From NCBI GenBank assembly GCA_963815115.1, contig CAWFFN010000009.1, forward strand, positions 480,001 through 544,000: 64,000 nucleotides of DNA. Direction: 5' to 3'. The notes under the pieces were generated by a model. That model made no database searches and was not told the DNA's origin. It saw only the letters and a program-made list of their open reading frames with translations. The position numbers and the translations under genes were made by a program. The stretch comes from an uncultured delta proteobacterium. GTDB lineage: Bacteria; Desulfobacterota; Binatia; DP-6. Shown in pieces: positions 55,460 through 64,000 of this stretch. Each line of letters starts with the position of its first letter. The stretch's first letter is position 1.

Positions 55460-55671
55460 CTAGTGCGCCTCAACGCCGCGGTTCGAGGACCTTGTCGATG
55501 ACTCCCATCGCCACCGCGCAGGCGAAAACTTGCGAACTCGTGAGCCCGGCCACCGCGGCGATCCTGTCGAGACGCGCGACGGCCTCGAGCGGCAAGTCGG
55601 CGGCGACTTCGACGCCCTGAGCGCCGTTGCATTTCCCATCAATTCGTCAATAGACACGCAAAGGAGGAAGA

Positions 55672-56052
55672 ATGACAAAAACTATCGGAAAGGCCGGTCC
55701 CAAGGCTAAGCTCACGGTAAGTCTGGAGCGCCACCCATTCGATGTCGATGGTCTGCCAGCGAGTTACCGACACTCGGTTGAACTCCTGGTGGGACGAGTC
55801 GGGCCGCGCGAAATGAAAAAAGCTCAGGTCGATGCCGAAATGATCGCATCTTTGTTTCGGAAGCACCCGAAAGAGCTCACTGCGATAGCCAATCATGTGG
55901 CGGCGGGGGAGACGGCAGCCGCCATGGAAATCGCCTCAACGATTGGTCTGACCGAGGAAAGGTTCCAAGAACACGGCGGCGGCCTCTGGTGGTGGATCAT
56001 CCTTATTGTCGGAGTCGCGATTCTCACATGGGCCGCTGAAACAAGGAAGTAA
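55672..56052 (+). CDS. Hypothetical protein with C-terminal hydrophobic segment after GGG
   Basis: Strong RBS AAGGAGG; AT-richer codons than the host genes; ...EERFQEHGGG-LWWWIILIVGVAILTWAAETRK. Confidence 0.75.
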   Translation: MTKTIGKAGPKAKLTVSLERHPFDVDGLPASYRHSVELLVGRVGPREMKKAQVDAEMIASLFRKHPKELTAIANHVAAGETAAAMEIASTIGLTEERFQEHGGGLWWWIILIVGVAILTWAAETRK

Positions 56053-56486
56053 ATCGCTCCGTGTAAGATAGACCGCCACGGCGTCAATTGCCCGGAATCC
56101 CGTCGATCTCCCCGTGAGAAGACCGGGAGGACAGCCAGCGTCCGGCCACGCGATTGACACCGCAGAGCATCTTTCGCACGACGCGATTCACGTCCAGGAA
56201 CCCCGCCGCTCAATCCGGGATCACGTCGGCGCCTTCGGCTCTCTATACTACGAGAGCTAGCCCTTGCCGTCATATCGCGAAGGCCGTGCGCCTCACCCGG
56301 CCCCTCCCCACTCAGCCTCGCGAGGACCTTGAAACGGCGAGACGAAGGTTGATAGTCACAACACTATGCGGCCCGTTGTCGGAGCCCTCACCATGCTCCT
56401 CACCATCTGCGGCTGCATGGTCCCGTGCGGGGATGAGGGCTCGCGACTCGCGGGAATTAGCTAGTGCTCCGGGTGACGGAAGGTCG

Positions 56487-58637
56487 TCATCGGACGTGCA
56501 GCCCCTTCCGGCTCGGCGCGAAGGTCGCTTCTGCGGCCGCACACCGGCCGGCCTGGGTCTCGATCGCGATCCTCAGGGTCCCTGGAGGCGGCACCGCGAA
56601 GGCTACGCCGTTGCCACCGAGGACGAGGCTCGCGCCACCCTTCTTCTTCCGGGCGAGGGTCAGCTGATCGAGCCCGCGCGCGCTCGCGACCGCGTTCGTC
56701 TTGTCCCGGAAGCGCAGCCTCGCCTTCTTGAGCGCGAGCGACGCAGCCGGCAGCTCCGCGCAGAGGAGCGGCCGTCCGCCCGGCGGCCCGATCTGGACGT
56801 GCGCGTCGGTCAGGGTTCCGGCGCTCGGCAGGAGGCTCGCGTCGGCGAGCGTCGCCTTGAGGGCAACCCTGGTGCCGCTCCGCTTGGTGCCGCGGATGGT
56901 GGCAACGTTGATCTTCAGGAGGCCGTTCGTGCCGCAGCACGCGGCGTCCTCGAGATCGGTGAGCCCGTTGCCGTCGTCGTCGATGCAGTTGTCACAGACT
57001 TCTTGCCGCGACGGCGGAAGCGTGGTCGTGGTGGGCGTCCCGCCCGGGAGCGTCGTCGTGCTGCCGCCCGTCGGCAGCGTGGTCGTCGTGGTGGTGGGCT
57101 CCTGCGCCTCGGTGCCGTCGCTCACGCGCAGCTGGATGCTGCCGTCCGAGAGCTGGAACTCGAACACGATCGATGCGCGGTCGGGAGTGAACTCGAAGTC
57201 GGTGGCGAACTCGCTGTCGCGCGCCTTGGTCAGGTTCCGCAAATCACCACCGAAGATCTGCTCGCTGATCAGGTCCGAATTGTTGCCGCCCAGGGTCTCG
57301 AAGAGGACGCGGCTGCTGTCGGGTGAGATCGCGCTGTCCCTCCCGGTTCCGAGGCGCGTGGAACTCCCACCGGTCGGCGGGATCGAGGAGAGCGACTGCG
57401 TGTCGTCCGCGAAGACCACCCAGTTGCTGTCCGGGCTGAGGACGAACCCCGCGGCAGCGTTCCCGGACGTCGGGAAGAAGAGCGTCGTGTGGCTTCCGTC
57501 GAGCCCGGAGGAGTCGAGTCTCCGCAAGGAGCTGTCGTTTCTCTGGAAGACGTACACCACGCGGCTGCTGTCCGGCGTGAACTGGAACTGTGCGCCGAAC
57601 GTACCGAATTCCGGATCAGCCGAATCCGTGATCAGCGTGGACGTTACGCCTCCGATCAACACGCTGTAGAGCACGCCCAGCTGCGGAAAGCCCGGGATCA
57701 TCGCGGAGTCCGTGACCACGTTGTACACGACGTGCGCCCCGTCGGGGCTGATGCGGAACCCGAACACGCTCTGGTTCGCGGCGAGCGGGAAGCTGAGCGT
57801 GTTGAAGAGCCCGCCGACGACGGCATTCGAGAAGAGGCCGGACTGGTCCGAGCCGACGTTCCTCGCCTGGAAGACGAGCACGGGGACCCCGGGGTCGATC
57901 TCGAAGCTTCCGCTCGTCACCACTGTTCCATCGGCGTTGAGCTTCGTCGACGTCCCGCCGGTCGCGGGGACGCTGAACAGCTCGGTGCGGCCGTTGACCT
58001 CCTGATCGGCGAGGTAGACGGCGCGCTTGGTGCTCGGGTCGACGCGCAGGCTGTTCGAGAAGACGTTGCCGCCCGCCACCAGCGGCGGGTTGAGCTTGAC
58101 GGCGGAGCCGCCCGCGAAGGGTACGCTGTAGAGCTCCACGGTCTCGTTGGTGTCCTGATCGGCGAGGTACAGGGCCCGCTTGGTGGCGGGATCCAGCACG
58201 AAGACGTTGACGTCGCCGCCCGCCACGAGCGGGCCGTTGAGCTTCGTCGCCTGCCCGCCGGCGATCGGCACGACGTAGAGCTCGCGGCGATTGGCGGTAT
58301 CCTGGATCGCCGTGTAGACGACGCTCGCACCGTCGGGTGTGATCCTGAACTGGTCGACGCCACCCTGGGCGACCAGCGGCGGATTGAGCTTCTTCGGCAT
58401 GCCGCCCGCGAGGGGGACGCTGAAGAGCTCCACGGGTGCTGTCGCCGTCTCCTCCGCCGTGTATACGACGAACTGCGAGTCGGAGCTGATGGCGAAGTCG
58501 GCGACCCGGTCTACCGGGCCGGCCAGGTTCCGCCACACCGCCTGCGCGGGGCGAACCCAGAGAGACGTCGTCGAGAGGAAGAGGGCAAGAAGGAACGTCG
58601 CCCGGGGCGCGATATGTCTTTCGTCACCGTAGTCCAC
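56487..58637 (-). CDS. Secreted beta-propeller (TolB/PD40-like repeat) protein with Thr linker and EVCDNCIDDDGNG motif
   Basis: Signal peptide; repeated ELY/FSVP..GG...KLN.PLVAGG.V and SPDS..VVF units. Confidence 0.85.
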   Translation of the reverse strand: MDYGDERHIAPRATFLLALFLSTTSLWVRPAQAVWRNLAGPVDRVADFAISSDSQFVVYTAEETATAPVELFSVPLAGGMPKKLNPPLVAQGGVDQFRITPDGASVVYTAIQDTANRRELYVVPIAGGQATKLNGPLVAGGDVNVFVLDPATKRALYLADQDTNETVELYSVPFAGGSAVKLNPPLVAGGNVFSNSLRVDPSTKRAVYLADQEVNGRTELFSVPATGGTSTKLNADGTVVTSGSFEIDPGVPVLVFQARNVGSDQSGLFSNAVVGGLFNTLSFPLAANQSVFGFRISPDGAHVVYNVVTDSAMIPGFPQLGVLYSVLIGGVTSTLITDSADPEFGTFGAQFQFTPDSSRVVYVFQRNDSSLRRLDSSGLDGSHTTLFFPTSGNAAAGFVLSPDSNWVVFADDTQSLSSIPPTGGSSTRLGTGRDSAISPDSSRVLFETLGGNNSDLISEQIFGGDLRNLTKARDSEFATDFEFTPDRASIVFEFQLSDGSIQLRVSDGTEAQEPTTTTTTLPTGGSTTTLPGGTPTTTTLPPSRQEVCDNCIDDDGNGLTDLEDAACCGTNGLLKINVATIRGTKRSGTRVALKATLADASLLPSAGTLTDAHVQIGPPGGRPLLCAELPAASLALKKARLRFRDKTNAVASARGLDQLTLARKKKGGASLVLGGNGVAFAVPPPGTLRIAIETQAGRCAAAEATFAPSRKGLHVR

Positions 58638-58742
58638 GGGGCGAGGATACTCGCCCCGTCGGGGGGACTGTCAACGCCGCGCGTGGACAGGGCCCCGCCG
58701 ACCCTTGCACGCGCCGGGCGATTCGGGGCAGACACCCCAGCC

Positions 58743-60389
58743 ATGAATCTCGGACTCGCCCAGCAGGCCATCGCCGCCCGCAATCCCGACCGGGAGTGCA
58801 TCGTCACCCCGACGCGCCGTCTCACCTATGCCCAGGTCGCCGAGCGCGCCCGCCGGCTCGCCAACGTGCTCCATGCCAGCGGGCTGGGCTGCCACCGCGA
58901 GCGCGCGGAGCTCCAGAGCCACGAATCGGGACAGGACCACCTCGGCATCTACATGCTCAACTGCCCCGAGTACTTCGAGAGCATGCTCGGCGCGTACCTC
59001 GCCCGCGTCGCGCCCTTCAACATCAACTACCGCTACGTCGACGACGAGCTGCTCTACCTGCTCGCCGACTCGGACGCGGTCGCGGTGGTCTACCAGGCGC
59101 GCTACGCCCCCACCCTGGCGCGCATCCGGGATCGGCTTCCGAAGCTGCGCCTCCTGATCCAGCTGGCGGACGAGAGCGGCAACGCCCTGCTGCCGGGCGC
59201 GATCGACTACGAGGCTGCGCTCGCCGGCGCGCCCGACACCATGCCGCCCGTCGAGCCGTCGCCCGACGACCTGTACATCCTCTACACGGGCGGAACGACG
59301 GGCGCGCCGAAGGGCGTGCTCTGGCGGCAGGAGGACATCTTCCACGGCGCGATGACCGGTGGCGCCCCCGGCATGCCGGGACCTGCGACCGTCGAGGAGC
59401 TGGCGGAGAACGCCACCACGAACGGCGGTTTCATGCGCGTGATGACCACGCCGCCGCTCATGCACGGCGCGGCGCAGTGGCTCGGCTTCGGCGCGCTCCA
59501 CCAGGGCGGCACGGTGGTCCTCCAGGGCAAGCCCGAGAAGCTCGACCCCGAGGAGGTCCTGGGGCTGGTCGAGCGCGAGCGCTGCAACACGCTCACCATG
59601 GTGGGCGACGCCTTCGCCCGCCCGCTCGTCGAGGAGCTGAAGCGCGGCACCTACGATCTCTCCCGGCTCTTCGTCATCGGCTCGGGCGGCGCCATCCTGT
59701 CGCCCCACATGAAGGAGGCGCTGCTCGAGTTCGTGCCGCATGCCATGGTGGTCGACGGCTTCGGCGCGTCCGAGACCGGCGCGCACGGCTCGCACGCCAC
59801 CCGGGCGGGTGACACGGCCCAGACCGGCAAGTTCGCGATGACCAACACGCTCATCCTGAAGTCCGACCTGTCCGGCCCGCTCGACGAGGGCGTCGACGAG
59901 ACCGGCTGGGTGGCGCGCAGCGGACACGTTCCGCTGGGCTACTACAAGGACCCGGCGAAGACGGCGAAGACCTTTCCCACCGTCGACGGCGTGCGCTACG
60001 CGGTGCCGGGCGATCACGCGCGCTTCAACCCCGACGGCTCGATCAACGTGCTCGGACGCGGCTCGGTGTGCATCAACTCCGGCGGGGAGAAGATCTACCC
60101 GGAGGAGGTGGAGCAGGTGCTGCGCAAGCACCCGGCGGTGTACGATGCCGTCGTCGTCGGCACGCCCGACGAGCGCTTCGGCGAGCAGGTGACGGCGGTG
60201 ATCCAGCCGCGTGCGGGAGAGGTGATCGATCACGCCGAGCTGGCCGATTTCGCGGGCCGCCACCTCGCACGCTACAAGCTGCCGCGCACGATCGTGCTCG
60301 TCGACGAGATGGTGCGCAGCCCGAGCGGCAAGCCGGACTACCGCTGGGCGAAGGCGCGCGGCATGGAAGCGAGGGGGCACGGGGCCTAG
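58743..60389 (+). CDS. Acyl-CoA synthetase (FadD19/PRK07798-like)
   Basis: YTGGTTGAPKG, GFGASETG, GYYKDP.KT, GD and INSGGEKIYPEEVE motifs. Confidence 0.93.
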   Translation: MNLGLAQQAIAARNPDRECIVTPTRRLTYAQVAERARRLANVLHASGLGCHRERAELQSHESGQDHLGIYMLNCPEYFESMLGAYLARVAPFNINYRYVDDELLYLLADSDAVAVVYQARYAPTLARIRDRLPKLRLLIQLADESGNALLPGAIDYEAALAGAPDTMPPVEPSPDDLYILYTGGTTGAPKGVLWRQEDIFHGAMTGGAPGMPGPATVEELAENATTNGGFMRVMTTPPLMHGAAQWLGFGALHQGGTVVLQGKPEKLDPEEVLGLVERERCNTLTMVGDAFARPLVEELKRGTYDLSRLFVIGSGGAILSPHMKEALLEFVPHAMVVDGFGASETGAHGSHATRAGDTAQTGKFAMTNTLILKSDLSGPLDEGVDETGWVARSGHVPLGYYKDPAKTAKTFPTVDGVRYAVPGDHARFNPDGSINVLGRGSVCINSGGEKIYPEEVEQVLRKHPAVYDAVVVGTPDERFGEQVTAVIQPRAGEVIDHAELADFAGRHLARYKLPRTIVLVDEMVRSPSGKPDYRWAKARGMEARGHGA

Positions 60390-60700
60390 GACGCCCGCGG
60401 CGCTGTCACTGCTCCATGCCATAGTACCCGACGAACGCTGGCCCGTCCGAGCCCACCGGGTGCATGAGTAGGCGGAGATGCGCCCTCAAGCCGGCGAGGC
60501 CAATGGCAGCGGATGGCTCGCCGTGGCCTCCTGAGGAGGTACGTGCGGTATCCCACTCGGCCTCCTGCTTCTGGGTATCCTGGAAATTCCCGCCGGATGT
60601 CGCGCAATACCCGCGAGAGTCTAGGGCGCATGCCGAACGCTGCCAGCACGGCTTTGACCGGATTGTGGGTCGTCGAGTCCCGAGGTAAGGAGGACGTCCG

Positions 60701-63700
60701 TTGGCCGAGCTCGACGCCCCCGACGTCCAGAGCATCCGATCTGCAAAGGGACCGACGGACCCCGCGCGGATTGAATGTGCGCGATACTGGGCGTTCATCT
60801 CCTATAGCCATCAAGATCGTGCGTGGGCAGCCTGGCTCCATAAGGCGCTTGAGATCTACCATATTCCGCGGCGACTGAGGGGACGTGTATCCGTCATCGG
60901 GACGGTACCACGTAAGCTGTTCCCGATCTTCCGTGACCGTGAGGAGCTATCTACATCTTCCGACCTCGGCGCCAGTATCAAGGATGCCCTCGCGGACTCG
61001 CGGTATCTGATCGTCGTCTGCTCGCCCGACGCCGTACGATCGAAATGGGTCAACGAGGAGATTCGGCAATTCAAGGCCCTGGGCCGCGAGGATCGCGTTC
61101 GCTGTCTCATCGTCCGCGGCGAACCCGGCGGTGCGAACGGGGCGGCGGAGGGCGAGTGCTTTCCGGAAGCGCTCCGTCATCGCGTCGCTACCGACGGTTC
61201 CGTAACCGGTGAGCAGATCGAGCCGATCGCGGCCGACGTTCGTCCCAGCAAGGACGGGAAGAGTGACGCACGACTCAAATTGATCGCCGGCATGATCGGG
61301 GTGGAGTTCGATGAACTCCGGGCACGCGAGCGACAACGGCGGAACCGCCGACGACTCGGGGTTGCCGCGACCGCGATCGTCGTGCTGGGGGCCATTGCGG
61401 GCGTCTACCTCTACCAGGAACGTGCAAAGGAACGGCTCGCAAATGAATCCCGAATCGAACAGCTCCAAGAGGCGGGGCGCAGCGAGTACCTCGCGGGTCT
61501 TCCCGGACGCGCCGCCGTCTACCTGACCCATGCATACGGTCGAGGCGACGATCGGCCTTCCCTCCGCTACCTGCTTGGTCGCTCGATGGCCTCGCTCGAG
61601 GGCCAAGCGATCCAGCTCGAAGCGCATACCGCGAAGGTGTCTGTCGTCGCGTTCTCCCCGGACGGAAAGCACCTCGTCTCCGCAGGTGAGGACGGCCTCG
61701 CGAAGGTCTGGGACGTCAACGACACCACCGCCAGCCTCGCGCGCGTTTTGCAGTCTTCGCGCCGCGATGGCGGATCGGCGGCGAGCATCGGTGCGGCGGC
61801 GTTCTCGCACGATGGCTCGCTGCTGGTGACTGGCGGAAGCGGGCGAACCACCGTCTGGAGCGTCGCGCGGGGAGAGTCCGTCGCCAGCGGCCCGCTCGGC
61901 GACTATGTGCACGAGGTGGAATTCAGCCGGGACGATTCGCGAGTCCTCGCTGCAGCTCTCGGAGGAAGCATTACGATCTTCGATGCAACGACGGGATTCC
62001 GGATCGCCGACATCAGCGGCCATCGTGCTCCGGTGGTCGCCGCGCACGCCACGTTCAGCCCCGATGGGAATCTCGTGCTCGCGGGCGGTGGAGACGGGAC
62101 CGTACGGCTCTGGGATGCCGGCCATGACGACCGAGAGGTCCGACGATTGTGGACCGACGCCGGCGAGATCGTGGGCGTGGCCTGGAGTGCCGACGGAACG
62201 CGCGCGGCAGCCCTGAGTCAGTCCCGCACCGTCAAGCTCTGGGAGACGGGAGCATGGCGAGAACTCGGATCCGCGCAGGCGCGAAGTCTCTCCGTCGACG
62301 GGGTGGCGCTCTCGCCCACGGCCGCTCGGCTGCTCATCGTTGGCACCGTTCCCGATCTCGTCGAGCTGACGACTAGGCAACCCGCGCCATCGCTCGGCGA
62401 TCAGCACTCGGGCGATGTCAATACGGCGACGTTCGGCCTGAGCGGCGACATCGTTGCGACCGCGTCGAGCCACGGACAGGTGGCCGTCTGGGACGCCGCC
62501 ACGGGCGCGCGGCTGGCTCTCTTCTCGGGGTCGCGCGTGCGCCTGAAGACCGTCGCAGTCGGTGGTGATGGCGATCGCTGGGTCGCCACGGGCGATGACG
62601 AAGGCATCGTTCGCCTCTGGGACTGGAAGGCAACGAACCAGGGCACGCGTGACTACTCCGGGAAGGACGACACCGTCCATGCCCGAGCGGTCCCGGACGA
62701 CGACGGGTTCGTCGGCACCTTCTGTGCAAGCGGAACCCCGCTCGCACGGTCGAGCGGCGGTGTCGTGGAGATCCGCGACACGGAGAGCGCACGGTTGCTG
62801 TCCTCGTTCGAACTCGGCAATACCGTCACCGTCTTCTCCGGAGCATTCAGCCCGGACTGTCGCTCGTTCGCGCTCGCGACGAACGGCCCCCGCGCGGCGG
62901 TCTTCGAGGTCGCCACCGGCACTCCTCTCTTCGGGCTCGATCCGGCCGAAACCCCGGACCAGTGGTCGACGGAGGCATACTCCGACACCTATCAGCATCC
63001 GCAGCACGCACCGACGGTGGCCTGGAGTCCCGCCGGGCACTTGGTAGCCGCGGCGCTTCGTACACATGCCGTCGAGCTCTGGAACGTCAGCACACACCTT
63101 CGCGAGCGAACGCTCCAGCACGCAGGCGTCGTGTCTTACGTGGCATTCAGCAAGAGCGGGAAGAGGCTGCTCGGCTTCGGCCCAGACAAGCCGGTGGTCT
63201 CGGTGTGGGAGGTCGATGGTCCCCGAGTTGCCGAGCTCGGGGCGTCCCGGGCACGCGTGGACGGGGCAGCTTTGTCGACGACGACCGCATCGTCGTCGTG
63301 CGTGACGACGGGTCCGGTGAGCTCTGGGACGTCGCATCCCGCACGCGCGTCGCGGAGCTCAAGGGCCATGACAAGCGCATCAACAGCGTGTGGGTGTCCG
63401 GAGATGGGCGGTGGATCGTCACCGCCAGCGACGACGAGACCGGAAGTGTCTGGGATGCGCGCACGGGGGCCCGCACCGTCGTTCTCGAACGTCCTGCCGT
63501 TCAAGCCGCCGAGGGCGGTGTCGCCTTGTACTCAGCAATCTTCAGTCCGGACGGCGAGCGCATCGCAACCGCGAGCGCAGATCGCAAGGTGAGGATCTGG
63601 GACGCGCGGAGCGGCACGATGCTCGATGAGTTCAGGCCGTTCCGCGAGCAGAACCCGATCCAGCACCTGGCCTTCGACCCCGAGGGAAGACGGTTGCTGA

Positions 63701-64000
63701 TCACGGGTGGGTACGTGCCGGCTACCCTGCGCGACCTGGGACTCGAGACACGGAGCGCGCCGGTCGTTGCCGGCATCGTGGCGGCGCGCGTTCCGCTCGA
63801 GCTACGTGACATGGATCTCGTCTCGACGGCGCCCACGACCGCGCCGGCACCGGCACCGCCACCCGGGACGCCGCCGTCGAACCAGGTCTCGACCGCGAAG
63901 GTCATCGACTGGTCGGGTGCCCCGACGACACCGGCGTTGGACCTACACGAAGATGGCGCCGCGGGGCTCGCGTTCAGCCCGGAGGGAGCGCGGGTAGCGA
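60701..64000 (+). CDS. TIR domain-TM-WD40 repeat protein; apparent 1-nt frameshift near 63262-63270; 3' truncated
   Basis: AFISYSHQD, IFRDREEL, LIVVCSP..VRSKWVNEEI; TM helix; many GH...FSPDG...WD repeats; WD40 repeats resume at 63271 in another frame and stay open to the window end. Confidence 0.85.

Noticed and set aside
57960-58440. DNA direct repeats suggesting a mobile or diversity-generating element
   Set aside because: They correspond to in-frame beta-propeller blades, and no reverse transcriptase is nearby
60390-60700. Short ORFs upstream of the TIR gene
   Set aside because: No RBS, motif or coding bias that supports a call

Overview
This is a GC-rich bacterial chromosomal window. 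The DUF4215-type Cys-rich secreted proteins, several LLM/F420 oxidoreductases, CaiB, EthD and FadD19-like genes suggest Candidatus Binatia/Binatota or a similar Deltaproteobacteria-like lineage (inference). Layout: (i) 1-13.7 kb, a cluster of secreted Cys-rich proteins; five share a cohesin-like C-terminal domain, one has a dockerin-like N-terminus, and one is a cytochrome c/copper-monooxygenase-like fusion; (ii) 13.8-39.7 kb, catabolic and housekeeping genes, plus a promoter-to-terminator structured RNA with a small ORF at about 29.0-29.4 kb that is complementary to the 16S rRNA 3' end; (iii) 39.8-49.7 kb, the main find: a translationally coupled minus-strand operon with two apparent ubiquitin-like conjugation cascades (RING E3, E1, E2, Ubl, JAB; and Ubl-E2 fusion, JAB, E1) on either side of an ARC/Mpa-like AAA+ ATPase, headed by an Xre-HTH regulator and a three-copy palindromic operator candidate; (iv) 49.7-64 kb, lipid acyltransferases, EthD, a frameshifted IS630, a beta-propeller protein, an acyl-CoA synthetase and a frameshifted TIR-TM-WD40 gene. 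All family calls come from reading motifs by eye; no database searches were run.
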